Assembly (NCBI GenBank): GCA_963805945.1
Contig: CAWDVP010000002.1
Span: 96,001-160,000 of the forward strand
DNA from: Vulcanimicrobiota bacterium
GTDB lineage: Bacteria > Vulcanimicrobiota > Vulcanimicrobiia > Eremiobacterales > Eremiobacteraceae
Length of the DNA: 64,000 bases
Reading direction: 5' to 3'
The position numbers and the translations under genes are program-made. A model generated the notes under the pieces. It saw nothing but the letters and a program-made list of their open reading frames with translations. It was not told where the DNA came from and did not search any database. Positions 9,538 to 22,717 of the stretch are shown piece by piece; the first letter of the stretch is position 1, and each line of letters starts with the position of its first letter.

Positions 9538-10199
9538 ACCTAGGATTCAACCGCCTCGTCGTACCTATGTTCTTCGCGGTTTGCGCTTGCGTGGCGCCTA
9601 CAGCGGCCGCGCAGCAACCCAACGTTTCTCTAACCGCATTCGCCTGCTCGGGAGAGCTCAATATCTCGCCTAAAGTTTTCGTAATGAGCGGCTTCTATGG
9701 TTCTGGTGCCGAGACGAGTGCGATCGCGCAGGAAATGGCGCCTGGGGTTTTTAGCCTCACACTCGCGATGCAGCCAGGCCACTATTTCTTCGAAGTCCGC
9801 ACGACAAATTGCTTCGGAGTCGCCGGAACGGAGATTCTGCCCGGACGCATACGGCATCTTGCATTTCAGCTCGCAGACAATACCGTCCACGATGTTCATT
9901 CTAACTGTTCGCTCGCAGGGACCCTTCCTGCAGCTGGCATTGGCGTGGAACTCATGAACGTGCGAAAACCGGTGTCTTATCGGGCTGTCGTCGATGATGG
10001 AGCATATTACGCCGAGGGTATCGGCCCTGGGACGTATCATCTAGTACTTCTATTAGCCGGCGCCGATATCGACCTCGGAGTGGTCAATCTGGACGCCATA
10101 AACGGCAAGTGCGAAGCTCATATTGTGAGGGATGTGAGCCTCGATGAAGTCCGTGCTCACAGCACGCAATTCTTCGGAATTCAAACGCCAACGCCCTGA
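9534..10199 (+). CDS. Secreted hypothetical protein (prealbumin/carboxypeptidase-regulatory-like repeats)
   Basis: Signal peptide ending AAA-Q; two PGxY beta-sandwich-like motifs; ATGA overlap with upstream gene. Confidence 0.6.
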   Translation: MNLGFNRLVVPMFFAVCACVAPTAAAQQPNVSLTAFACSGELNISPKVFVMSGFYGSGAETSAIAQEMAPGVFSLTLAMQPGHYFFEVRTTNCFGVAGTEILPGRIRHLAFQLADNTVHDVHSNCSLAGTLPAAGIGVELMNVRKPVSYRAVVDDGAYYAEGIGPGTYHLVLLLAGADIDLGVVNLDAINGKCEAHIVRDVSLDEVRAHSTQFFGIQTPTP

Positions 10200-10208
10200 C
10201 TCTTGTGA

Positions 10209-11714
10209 TCATCCCGCTGGCATCGTCGGCGTGCCGGCCGCGGGCGCGCCGGTGCGCAACAGGCTGTTGCGATAGCCGTACAGCGCGTACACGACGATGC
10301 CGATGACGAACCAGACCACGTAGCGCGTCCACGTCGCCGGCTGCAGCGACGTCATCATGTACAGGCACAACCCGGCGCCGAGGATCGCGGTGAGCGGGCC
10401 GAAGGGCGCCTTATACGGACGCACCGCGTTCGGATGCGTACGGCGCAAGACGAAAACGCCGACGCACACGATGGTGAACGCCCACAACGTGCCGATGTTG
10501 ACCAGTTCGAGCAGGCTCTGAAGCGGCACGCTCGCGGCCAACAATGCGACGATCACGCCGGTGATGATGGTCATCCGAGTGGGTGTGTGGAAGCGCGGCG
10601 ACACCGCGGCGACCGCGGGCGGCAGCATGCGATCTCGCGCCATGACGTAGAAGATGCGGACCTGGCCAAGCAGCGAGGTGAGCATGACGCTGATGTTGCC
10701 CGCGATGCCGCCCCAATTGACGATATCGACGAAGAGCTTGCTCCTCGGGTGCGCAAGCGCCGCGGCTTGGCCGAGCGCGGCGTTGGAATCCATGTGCTGC
10801 CACGGCACGACGCCGACGGTGACGATCGCGATCGTCATGTAGAACAGCCCGCCGATGAGCAGCGAGCCGATGACGCCGATCGGCAGGTCGCGCTGCGGAT
10901 TCTTCGATTCTTCGGCGGCGACCGTGACCGTGTCGAAGCCGATGTAGGCGAAGAACACGAGCGCGGCGCTCGTGACGATGCTATGCGCGCCGAGCGGCAG
11001 CAGCGGTGTGTAGTTGGACGAATGGACCGCGCTCACGCAACCGATGACGAAGATGACGAGCACGAACATCTGGAAGATCACGAAGACCGTGTTCGTGCCG
11101 GCCGATTCCCTGATCCCCAGCGCCAGCAGCGCGCTCACCGCAAGGACGACGAGCGCGGCGATGACGTCGTAATGCGAGGCGAGCAGATCGAACGAGGTGG
11201 GGACGGCGAAATGAATCGGACCGAACGAGATGGGCGCGGTCGTCATGACGATGTGTGCGCTCTGCGCCCAGGCCGGCAGCACGATGCCGTGATCGCCAAG
11301 GAAGTTCTGCACGTAGCCCGAGAGCGATGCCGACACCGGCGCGGCGCTAAATCCGTATTCGAGGATGAGGTCCCAACCGATGATCCACGCGACGATCTCG
11401 CCGAGCGTGGCGTACGCGTACGTGTACGCGCTGCCGGCGACGTGCACCATCGACGCGAATTCCGCGTAACAGAGCGCGACGAAGACGCACGCGATGCCGG
11501 ACAACCCGAACGCCAGCACGACGCCGGGGCCGGAGGCCTGTGCGCCGACGCCCATCGTCGTGAAGACGCCGCCGAGCATGGTGCCAAGACCGATGGCGAT
11601 GAGCGAAGGCCAGCCGAGCGCGCGGTGAAGCTTCGGCCCTTCTTCCTCTGGCCGAACACGGTCGTGCGGCTGTATGGCGAACAGCCGCTGCACAAGGCTC
11701 TTGGGCTGCTGCAT
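10209..11714 (-). CDS. APC-family amino acid/polyamine permease
   Basis: [31 protein letters not shown]; about 12 TM. Confidence 0.92.
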   Translation of the reverse strand: MQQPKSLVQRLFAIQPHDRVRPEEEGPKLHRALGWPSLIAIGLGTMLGGVFTTMGVGAQASGPGVVLAFGLSGIACVFVALCYAEFASMVHVAGSAYTYAYATLGEIVAWIIGWDLILEYGFSAAPVSASLSGYVQNFLGDHGIVLPAWAQSAHIVMTTAPISFGPIHFAVPTSFDLLASHYDVIAALVVLAVSALLALGIRESAGTNTVFVIFQMFVLVIFVIGCVSAVHSSNYTPLLPLGAHSIVTSAALVFFAYIGFDTVTVAAEESKNPQRDLPIGVIGSLLIGGLFYMTIAIVTVGVVPWQHMDSNAALGQAAALAHPRSKLFVDIVNWGGIAGNISVMLTSLLGQVRIFYVMARDRMLPPAVAAVSPRFHTPTRMTIITGVIVALLAASVPLQSLLELVNIGTLWAFTIVCVGVFVLRRTHPNAVRPYKAPFGPLTAILGAGLCLYMMTSLQPATWTRYVVWFVIGIVVYALYGYRNSLLRTGAPAAGTPTMPAG

Positions 11715-11724
11715 CAGCCCGCCG

Positions 11725-13163
<1,439 letters not shown>

Positions 13164-13167
<4 letters not shown>

Positions 13168-14681
13168 TTGTCGGCGAACCAGCCGATAGGTTCGACCGCC
13201 AAGTTCACGTTGATCTGCTTCACCTCGGTGTACTGCTCGTAGCCGTAGGTGCCGAGCTCGCGGCCGGTGCCCGATTGCTTGTAGCCGCCCCACGGCGCCT
13301 CGTTGTACGTCGGATGGTAGGTGTTGATCCAGGTGATGCCCGCGCGCAGCTTCTTGATGACGCGGTGCGCCTTGGCGATGTCATTGGTGAACACCGCGCC
13401 CGCGAGGCCGTACACGGTGTCGTTGGCCATCGCGATGGCTTCCGCTTCATCTTTGAAGCGCTGCACCACCAGCACCGGACCGAAGATCTCTTCCTTGACG
13501 ATGCGCATGCCCGGCGTGGTGTTGGTGAAGATGGTAGGCTCGATGTAGTTGCCCTTCTCGAGCTCGCCCGTCAGCCGCTTGCCGCCGGTCTCGAGCTTTG
13601 CGCCTTCTTCGATTCCGGTGCGGATGTACGCCTCGACCTTCTCCTCATGCGCGCGGCTCACGAGCGGCCCCATCTCCGTCGCCGCATCGAAACCGTCGCC
13701 GACTTTGATCTTGCGCGTCCGTTCGACGAGGCGCTTCACGAACTTGTCGTGGATCGAATCCTCGACGAGCAGTCGCGAGCCGGCGGAGCACACCTGGCCG
13801 GCGTTCGCGAAGATGCCGAAGAGCGCGTAGTCGACGGCCGTCTCGAAGTCGGCGTCGGCGAACACGATGTTCGGCGACTTGCCGCCGAGCTCGAGCGAGA
13901 TCTTCTTGAGATTGTCGGCTGCCGCGTGCATGATCGAGCGCCCGGTCTTCGTGCCGCCGGTGAACGCCACTTTGTCGACGAGCGGACTTTCGGCGATCGC
14001 CGCGCCGACCACCGGCCCCGCGCCGAGCACGATGTTGACGACGCCTTTCGGGAAGCCGACCTCTTCGATGAGCATGGCGAGGCGCAGCGCGGTGAGCGGC
14101 GTCAGCTCCGACGGCTTGAGCACGCACGTGTTGCCGGCGGCGAGCGCCGGTGCGAGCTTCCACGCGGCCATGAGCAGCGGATAGTTCCACGGGATGATCT
14201 GGCCGCAGACGCCGATCGGTTCCCGCACGACCATCGACTGCGACGCCGCGGGCACGTCGAACGTCTGCCCCTGCGGCTTCGTGGCAAGACCCGCGTAATA
14301 GCGATAGCAGCCGGCTGCGTCCGCGACGTCATACTCGGTCTCGCGTAGCGGCTTGCCGTTGTTGAGCGTCTCGAGCCGCGACAGCTCGGTGGTGTGCTCC
14401 TCGAGTATGTCCGCCAGTTTGAAGAGCAGTTTGGCGCGGTCCTGAGCGGTCGAGCTGCTCCATGGTCCCTCGTCGAACGCTGCGCGCGCCGCGCGGATGG
14501 CGCGTTCCGCGTCGAGCTTCGTGCCTTCTGCCACGCGCGCGATAGGCTCGCCGTTCGACGGGTTGATGAGTTCGCGCACGCCCCCGGCCGACGCCGCGCT
14601 CCATCCGCCGTCGATGTACATGAGGCAGACGCCGTCTTTGGCCGGCAGATCCTTCAGCAGATTCTCAGTGGTCGCAAGCAT
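13164..14681 (-). CDS. Aldehyde dehydrogenase (betaine/aminobutyraldehyde type)
   Basis: PWNYP, LELGGKSP, GQVCSAGSR, EEIFGP, WGGYKQSG; AGGAG RBS. Confidence 0.92.
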
Positions 14682-14699
14682 CTCGATCTTCTCCTAATA

Positions 14700-14725
14700 T
14701 GGAGCGGTCGAATTTGTTCGACCGT
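14700..14725 (+). repeat. REP-like palindrome, family B
   Basis: TGGAG-CGGTCGAAT-TT-GTTCGACCG-T; 24/26 identical to the reverse complement of 38582-38607. Confidence 0.7.
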
Positions 14726-14728
14726 TGT

Positions 14729-16099
14729 CTAGGCGGGCACGGTGTCGCGCGCCATCGCGTCGAGCGATTCGCCCAACGACTTGACGACGTAGTCGGCCTG
14801 CTCCTCGGTGATCGTCAGCGGCGGTTCGAAACGGATGACGCGCGCGTTCACCAGCGTGCCGGAGCACAGCACGCCTCGCTCGAGCATCGCCTTGCTCAGG
14901 GCGAAGCCGGCTTCGTGGCTCACGAATTCCAGCGCCATGAGCAGGCCCTTGCCGCGCACGTCCACGACTATGTCCTCGTGCCCCTCGACCGCGTGCTTGA
15001 GGCCAGCGAGCATGCGCTCGCCCATCCACGCCGCGCGCTCGGGCAGCTTCTCCGTGATGAGCACGTAGAGCGTGGCGAGCGCGGCCGCGCACGCAAGCGG
15101 GTTGCCGCCGAACGTAGTCGTGTGCAGGAACGGGTTGTCGAACAAACGCGAGAACACCGCCTTCGTGCCCACCACCGCTCCGGCCGGCATGACGCCGCCG
15201 CCGAACGCCTTGGCCAGGCACATCAGGTCCGGCGCGACGCCGTAGTGCTCGCAGCAGAACATCTTGCCGGTCCGCCCCATGCCGGTCTGGACCTCGTCGA
15301 GGATGAGCAGCGCGCCGTATTCGTCGCACAGCTTGCGCACGCCGGGTAAGTAGTCGTCATCGGGGATGTTGACGCCGCCTTCGCCCTGGATCGGCTCGAG
15401 GATCACCGCGCCGACGTCCTCGCCGACCATCGCGAGCGTGTGCATGCGCCGGCGCAGTTCGACCAGGTCGTTGAACGGCACGTGTTCGATGTTCGGCAGC
15501 ATGGCGCCGAACGGCCGGCGGAACTCGCCTTTGGCGCTCGCGGAGAGCGCGCCATAGCTCTTGCCGTGGAAGCCCTTGGTCGCGCCGATGATCGTCTGCT
15601 TCTTGGGATCGTAGACGCGCGCGAGCTTCAACGCCGCTTCGATCGTCTCGGTGCCGCTATTGCAGAAGAACGCGTACTCGAGCTTGCCCGGCGTCACCAG
15701 CGACAGCGCCTTGGCGAGCATGCCGCGCAGCGGGTCGAGCAGGTCTTGGCTGTGGAGCGGCTGGCGGTGGAGTTGGTCGGTGACCGCTTTGACCACCACC
15801 GGGTTGCGATGGCCGACGTTGAAGATGCCGAAGCCGCCGAGGCAATCGATATACTCGCGGCCGTTGACGTCGCGATAGGCGTTCAGGCCGGCGTCCGCCC
15901 ATTCGACGGCGGCGACGGCGTGTTCGACGGACGTGGCCTTGCGATACTCGAGAAAACCCGGATTGACGTGATCGCGGAAGTTCTCGACGGTTTCGTTGGT
16001 GATCCAGGCCGCGTCGTCTTTTGTGATCTCGGGCTTTTCGATGAGCCCGAGCACGCGCGTGACGTAGGCGAGGGCTTCAGGGATGTCTTGCTTCGTAAT
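14729..16099 (-). CDS. patA: Putrescine--2-oxoglutarate aminotransferase
   Basis: HVNPGFLEYRK, IDCLGGFGIFNVGHRNP, QPLHSQDLLDPLR and PFLHTTTFGGNPLAC match PatA/YgjG; start placed at ATT 16099 behind AAGGAG. Confidence 0.9.
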   Translation of the reverse strand: MTKQDIPEALAYVTRVLGLIEKPEITKDDAAWITNETVENFRDHVNPGFLEYRKATSVEHAVAAVEWADAGLNAYRDVNGREYIDCLGGFGIFNVGHRNPVVVKAVTDQLHRQPLHSQDLLDPLRGMLAKALSLVTPGKLEYAFFCNSGTETIEAALKLARVYDPKKQTIIGATKGFHGKSYGALSASAKGEFRRPFGAMLPNIEHVPFNDLVELRRRMHTLAMVGEDVGAVILEPIQGEGGVNIPDDDYLPGVRKLCDEYGALLILDEVQTGMGRTGKMFCCEHYGVAPDLMCLAKAFGGGVMPAGAVVGTKAVFSRLFDNPFLHTTTFGGNPLACAAALATLYVLITEKLPERAAWMGERMLAGLKHAVEGHEDIVVDVRGKGLLMALEFVSHEAGFALSKAMLERGVLCSGTLVNARVIRFEPPLTITEEQADYVVKSLGESLDAMARDTVPA

Positions 16100-16114
16100 T
16101 TTCTGCTACTCCTT

Positions 16115-16140
16115 GGGCCGATCTAAAGATCGGCCCCTAC
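16115..16140 (-). repeat. REP-like palindrome, family A
   Basis: GTAG-GGGCCGATCT-TT-AGATCGGCCC. Confidence 0.75.
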
Positions 16141-16142
16141 AT

Positions 16143-17429
16143 TTAGGTTGAGAGAACTGATTCGCAGCTCGCCGTGAAGCGCGCCAGGCCTTCCTTCAGA
16201 TCCGCGTCGCTGATCACCAGCGGTACGAGCACGCGCAGGACGCAGCTCTTCGAGCCGGCCGACATGAGCAGTAGCCCGCGCTCGCGCGCCGCCGCGATGA
16301 TGCGCTTCGCGATCGGCTCCGCCCCCGGCTCGTCGATGAACTCCATGCCCATCATCGCGCCGAGCCCCCGCACGTCGCCGACTCGTTTCGGATAACGCGT
16401 GGCGAGCTCGCGCATCGCAGCCTCGAGGCGCGTGCCGATCGCAGCGGCGCGCTGCACCAGCTTCTCGTCCTCGAAGATGTCGAGCGTCGCGAGCGCCGCC
16501 GCGCACGCGAGCGGATTGCCCGCATACGTGCCGCCTAGCCCGCCCGGGTCAGGCGCGTCCATGATCTCGGCGCGCCCGATGACGGCGGCCAGCGGCAGCC
16601 CGGCCGCGATGCTCTTGGCGACGCACATCAGGTCCGGTTCCACACCGGCGTGCTCGATCGCGAACATCTTCCCGGTCCGGCCGAAACCCGATTGGATCTC
16701 ATCGGCGACGAGCACGATGCCGTGGCGCGTCGCGATCTCGCGCAACGCTTGCAAGAACTCGACCGGCGCCGGGATGAACCCGCCTTCGCCGAGCACCGGC
16801 TCGATGATGATCGCGGCGACGCGCGCCGGCTCAACCTCTGATTCGAACAAGTCGTCGAGCGCGCGCAGCGCGCGCTCCGTCGTCCAGCCCTGATACTCGT
16901 ATGGGAACGGCGCGTGATAGATCTCGCTGCAGAACGGGCCGAAGCGCTGCTTGTACGGCTCGTTCTTGCCGGTCATCGAGAGCGCGAGCAGCGTCCGCCC
17001 ATGATAGCCGTGATGGAACGCCACCACCGAAGCGCGACCGGTATGCGCGCGCGCGATCTTGACCGCGTTCTCGGTGGCTTCGGCGCCGGTGTTGAGCAGC
17101 AGCGACTTCTTGCGGCTCGGTCCCGGCGCGATGCGATTGAGCCGCTTCGCCAATCTGACGTACGAGTCGTACATCGCGACCTGGAAGCACACGTGAGTGA
17201 AACGATCCAGCTGTTCGCGGACGGCTGCTTGGACGCGGGGGTGGCAGTGGCCGACGTTGAGCACGCCGATGCCGCCGACGAAATCGATGTATTCCTTGCC
17301 GTCGGCATCCCACAGCCTCACCCCCGACGCGCGGTCGACGAAGAGCTGGTGCGCGTTGCCGACGCCGCGCGCGACCTCGGTCTTGCGCAGGTCGAGCAGC
17401 GCAGCGGAGGGCGACGGTGCTATGGCCAC
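16143..17429 (-). CDS. gabT: 4-aminobutyrate aminotransferase
   Basis: DFVGGIGVLNVGH, TGAEATENAVKIAR, DEIQSGFGRTG, GGLGGTYAGNP. Confidence 0.92.
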   Translation of the reverse strand: MAIAPSPSAALLDLRKTEVARGVGNAHQLFVDRASGVRLWDADGKEYIDFVGGIGVLNVGHCHPRVQAAVREQLDRFTHVCFQVAMYDSYVRLAKRLNRIAPGPSRKKSLLLNTGAEATENAVKIARAHTGRASVVAFHHGYHGRTLLALSMTGKNEPYKQRFGPFCSEIYHAPFPYEYQGWTTERALRALDDLFESEVEPARVAAIIIEPVLGEGGFIPAPVEFLQALREIATRHGIVLVADEIQSGFGRTGKMFAIEHAGVEPDLMCVAKSIAAGLPLAAVIGRAEIMDAPDPGGLGGTYAGNPLACAAALATLDIFEDEKLVQRAAAIGTRLEAAMRELATRYPKRVGDVRGLGAMMGMEFIDEPGAEPIAKRIIAAARERGLLLMSAGSKSCVLRVLVPLVISDADLKEGLARFTASCESVLST

Positions 17430-17574
17430 GTCGTAGCGTCCTTTCTTGACAAAGCTGCGCTTCTAGTGTATCAGCGCCCGAGAGGCGAAAGCCACGTGGC
17501 GAAAGCACAAAATAAGGCCTATCTTTGGTGTTTTCGTGCCAAGAATGCCCCGTGGCGCTGTCGAAGGCGCGCGG

Positions 17575-19204
17575 ATGAACGTCCGTGAGGCTCTCGGCGT
17601 CGAGTCGCTGCACGCGGCCAAGGTGGTCGCCGGCGCGAGCGGGCTCGAGCGCGAGGTGCGCTGGGCGCACGTCATCGACATGCCCGATCCCGCGCCCTGG
17701 GTTCGGCCAGGCCAACTGCTGCTCACCACGGGCTTCGCCTGGCCGCAGGGCGAGCGCGAGCAGCGCGAGCAGATCGGCGCGCTCACCGAGCGCGGCCTCG
17801 CCGCGATGGCGCTTGCGGTGCCGCGCTACGTCGATCATTTCACCGCTGCCGCCATCGCGGAGGCCGACCTGCGCGGCCTGCCGTTGCTCGAGATCCCGTT
17901 CGAAGTGCCGTTCGCGCAGATCACGGAGGAACTGCATCGCGCCATTCTGGCCGAGCAGTACCGCGTCATCGAGCGCTCGGAAGCGATCCATCGCGAGCTG
18001 ACGCGTGCCGCGACGACAGGGACGGACCTGGGTGATCTTGCGCGCACGCTCGGCGGGCTCATCGGGCGCGCGATCACCTTCGAGGATCCGAACCGGCAAA
18101 CTGCTCGCCTCGTATGAGGCCGGCTCGCACGGCGACGCCATCAGGCGCGAGACGTTGGAGCATCAGCAGTCCCCTGCCCATATGCTCGATGCGCTCGAGT
18201 CGAGCGGCCTGCTCGCGCGTATCCGCGCGAGTTCGGGACCGCTTCGCGTGCCCTCGACGCCTGAGCTCGGCCTCGTGAGCGCGCGCGTCGTGTGTCCGAT
18301 CCGCATCGGCACGGAACTCGTGGGCTTGGTCTGGATCATCGAGGGAGAAAGCGCGCTCTCAGAGCTGGACAATCGCGCCGCGGAGCAGGCCGCGCTCATC
18401 GCCGCGCTGCACATCGCCCATCAGCGCGAACTCGCGGGCATGGAATCGCGCTTGGGCTACGCGTCGTTCCTTTCGCTCTTGGAGGCGGAGACCGACGACG
18501 CGCAGGCGGTCGAGCGAGCCCGGTTGCTGGGATTCGACCCGGACGGACGGCATCGCGTGGGCATCGCGGTGATCCCCGAGCCGCTGCCGTTGAGCCGCGA
18601 CGCCTTCTTGCGGCGCGAGCGCGTTGGCGCCATGCTGCGTGCCCGCCTCGAAGCGGCCGGCGCTCGCCCGCTTCTCACCGCACAGCTCAATCACGTCGCT
18701 TTTCTCGTGCCCGACGGCATCCCGCTCGCCGGCGTCGTGCACGGCCTCGGTGAGGAAGGCGTCGGCGTCGTCCTCGGGCGCGCCTATCGCGGCACGCACG
18801 GGGCGCGGCGCAGCTATCGCGAGGCGCAGTCGCTGCTCAACTATCGCAAAGACGCGGCGATCCTCACCTTTGAGGAGGCGCTCGTGCCGCGCGTGCTGAT
18901 GGGCGATGCGAGCGCCCGCGATTCTTTCATCGACGAGCTTTTCGGTTCGCTCAAGGCGCGCAAGGGCGGCGCGACGTTGCGTGAGGCCTTGCTCGCGCTC
19001 GCGCGGACGGGTTTCAACTTCAAGGAGACCGCGGTCCAGCTCACGATCCACCCGAACACGCTGCGCTATCGTCTCACCAACGCCGCAGAGACGACGCATC
19101 TCGACCTCGAAGATCCTGAGGTTCGCTTCCGGCTACAACTCGCGGTTCGGCTTTTGGAGTTTCCTGATAAGAATGAGAAGGAAAATTGTGGCGCGCAGAC
19201 ATAG
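17575..19204 (+). CDS. PucR-family transcriptional regulator (frameshift near 18093)
   Basis: PucR N-domain (VRWAHVID.PD..PW..GQLLLTTG), GAF-like middle, C-terminal IHPNTLRYRL HTH; one extra C splits EDPN-GKLL. Confidence 0.88.
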
Positions 19205-19272
19205 TCGAGGGGTCAGTTTCTTAGTAAACTCTTAAGCAACACCGTGCCGTGACTTCGGTCAGGAGTTTTCGC

Positions 19273-22200
19273 ATGCCGTTTCAAAGCAGAGCGGTCGCAT
19301 TCGTAGCGGCCGTTTGTCTTTTCGCCATGGCATCGCCGGGCTTCACCGGGACCACCGGCGGTGTTCAGGGCAGGGCGCTCGAGGCGACGACGAACGCGCC
19401 GATCGCCGGGGCGTCGATCACCGCGACATCTCCTTCGCAGGTGGCGACCGTCGTCACCGACAGCGACGGGGCACTTCAGCTTCCTCTCGCTCGCGCCTGA
19501 CACGTATACCGTGACCGCCTCGAAGACCGGCTACAGTACCGTCAGCGTGCCGGGCGTCACCGTGATCTCCGATCAGGTCCGCACGGTCGACATCGTGCTG
19601 CAGACAGGCGGTGAAGACGATCGGCAGCGTGACCGTGACCGGCGGCCAATCGCTCGTGCGCCCCGGGACGACGAGTCGACGTCTACTCGATCAACGCGGC
19701 CGGCCAAAAGGCGGCCCAGGCGCTCGGCGGCGCGGGCAGTCTGAATCAGGCATATGGCGCGGTCGCGAGTCGCCCGGCGTCGTGTACACGCAAGGGCCAG
19801 CAAGGCTGGAATCAGAGCGTCTATATCCGCGGCGGCGACAACGACCAGGTCGCGTACGAACTCGACGGCATCCCGGTGATGCGCGTCTCCGATAGCGCTC
19901 CGGGGTCTCGACGCTAACCGAATCTCGGCCAAGCAGAGGTCCAGGTCTACACGGGCGGCACGCCCGCCTCGGCGGAGGCCTCCGGCCTCGCCGGCTACAT
20001 CAACCAGGTCATCCGGACCGGCACGTATCCCGGGCTTCGGCGAGATCTCCTCGGGCATCGGCAATCCCGACGCTGTCAACAAGATGGCGACTCGCAGTAC
20101 GGCGGCGCCTCGCCGGACCGCCGTTTCAGCTACTACATCGGCTTCGGCCAACTCGGCGCAAGACTTCCGCTACGGCAACCAGACAACGCTGTGGGCAATC
20201 CGCTCTTCTTCTATCCGCTTGGTCGATCCGTCGCGCCGCTCAAGGCACGTCTACGACGGCAACACCAACGGCGGCGCCAATCCGGCGATCTTCGCGCCGG
20301 GCGCAGAGCTACGCCAGCACGCACACCACCGATCGAGAAATATCGGCAACTTCCACTACGCGCCTGCCGCACGGCGACCGGGTCTGCAAGACGACGTGCA
20401 GCTCGCGTACGTCTACAGCAACGTGCTGCAGAAGTTCTACAGCTCGACAACGATCTCGGCCTCAAAGCGCCTCGGTCACGGTCTCGCTGCCTACTGGCGA
20501 CCGCGCCGATGACATTTCTCGACATCCCCGTCTACACCGGCCCGATGTACCAGGCGCCCGATCCCACGCAGCGTCGACGACCATGCTGTTCCCCAATACG
20601 GGGACGAGCCGCCCTGTAACGCGCCGATCCCCTACACGGCAGCGCGAGGGCTCGCAGAACGGTATGGCGCTCATCAAGCTCCAGTACCAGCACAACATCA
20701 ACTCCAAGTCGTACTTCCGCATACTCGGCGCCTCGAACTACAATTGGTGGTTCATCACCGGGCCGGTCAGCGCAGACCTCACGTATGGCGCGCAGCTGCC
20801 CGATTACGAGGTGATCGGCCACAACTGGAGCGGCACCGCGGTCTATGCGCGCCAGCTAAGCGACAAGAATCTGATCAACGCCACCGCCTCGTATATGACC
20901 GGCAAACTGCAGACCTATTCGATGGGTTTCTTCGACGGTTTCATGACCAACCTGGTGGGCAACAACGGCCTGTGCTATGACGGCTCGACCGGTAACCAGT
21001 GTGAGCTGCTACGACACCTCGAACCCGAACTCGCGCGGCACCGCCTCGAACCTGACGCCAGCCATGCCGCCGCCCGGCTCGCCGGCCGCTCTCGCCGGCG
21101 CGCAATGGCTCATAACGGAGAACGGCCAGAACGCGCAGGTCGACAACGTGGTCCCGAATTTCTAGCGGCGTGTCGCTGACCGACCAGTGGCGGCCGAACG
21201 ACAAGACTCGTTGTGAGCGCCGGCTTGCGCATCGAGAGCTTCCAATACACGCTGCAAGACCTCTGCAGAACTATCCAGCGCGCGCCTTCTGGTTCAAGGC
21301 CTACAACAACGAGTTCTGCTTCGGCCCTGGTCAGCCGGCTGCGGTGTCGCGGGCTTCGATCCGGTAGCCGGCGTCTTCAACCCTTGTCCGGCGGGCACGA
21401 GCGCGACCAACCTCGTCAATTATACCGGCGGCAAGGTGAACGACACGGCCTGGCAGCCGCGCATCGCGTTCACCGAACAGATGGGCAGGGACACGGTCAT
21501 GCGGGGCTCCTACGGGCGCTACGCCCGGCCGGCGCCTACCTCGTATCTGGAGTTCAACACCGTCCAGCAGAACCTGCCCGCCTTCATCTCGTCGTTCCTG
21601 AGCTTCGGCTACAACTCGCCCTTCCACGAAACGCATGCGGACGTCGCGAATAACTACGATATCTCGATCGAGCATCATTTCCCCGGCACCGATATGGCGG
21701 TCAAGTTCACACCGTACCTGCGCAACACGCAGAACCAGATCCAGTATCTCTCGCTCAACGCGCAAGGCGTGGTGGACGGCCTCAACGTCGGGCAGCAGAC
21801 CTCACAAGGCTTCGAGTTCGCGTTCACCAAGGGCAACTTCGCCAGGGACGGCATCGCGCTGCAGTGGGCCGTCACCACCACGAACAGCAAGATCAAGTAC
21901 GGCGACTTCCCCAACGGACGCAACCTCGTCGACCTGCTCAACGATAACGTCCAGCTGTACAACTCGTACACGTCGGCGTGCGCCACCGGCAGCGCGTCGC
22001 TGTGCGGTATCAGCGGCAACACCCACGCCATGCCGTTCTTCAACGCCGGCGCCATCGCGAATCCATATTACAACCTCGCGCCGCAGCCGCTGTTCGACCG
22101 CAACGGCTCGTATACGACCTACGACCAGATTCCGGCGCCGTTCAATAACGCGCTGGGCTTCGCCGTGCCGTTCCAGACGTCGCTTGTCGTGAACTACAAG

Positions 22201-22707
22201 CACGGCCCGTTCGCCGTCACGCCCTCGCTCACATACAGCTCGGGCGCGAGCTACGGTTCGCCGCTGGTGTGGCCGGGCTACGATCCTGCGTCATGCACCG
22301 GTGTCATCAGCGGCACGACCGCCGATCCGCAGACCTGCTCGAACTACATCTTCATCCCGGACAAGTACACCAATCAATTCGACAACCTCGGCGCGTTCAA
22401 AGAGCCGAGCCGGCTGACGGGCAACCTCTCGTTCTCGTACGACGTGAACCCGCACGTCAGCGCGACGCTCACCTTCGCCAATCTCGTCGACGCGTGCTAT
22501 CAGCGCGGCCATCCGTGGGATAGCTCAACGACGTGTATCTACGCACAGCTGCCGTCCAATCTGCTCGCGCCCGCAGGCAACTTCTCGAACAGCCCGCCGA
22601 TTCAGCTCGCATATCCGTACGGCAGTTGGTACAACAACATCGAGATCGGGCAAGAAGGCCAGAAGGCGCCGCCGCAGGCCGTACTCGAAATCCACATCAA
22701 GATCTGA
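19273..22707 (+). CDS. TonB-dependent receptor-like outer-membrane protein with N-terminal carboxypeptidase-regulatory domain (several frameshifts 19470-21400)
   Basis: AGGAG RBS, signal peptide, FSFLSLAPDTYTV, plug-like IRGGDNDQVAYELDGIPV, WQPRIAF and YGRYA beta-barrel segments, C-terminal beta strand. Confidence 0.8.
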
Positions 22708-22717
22708 CGCCGCACCC

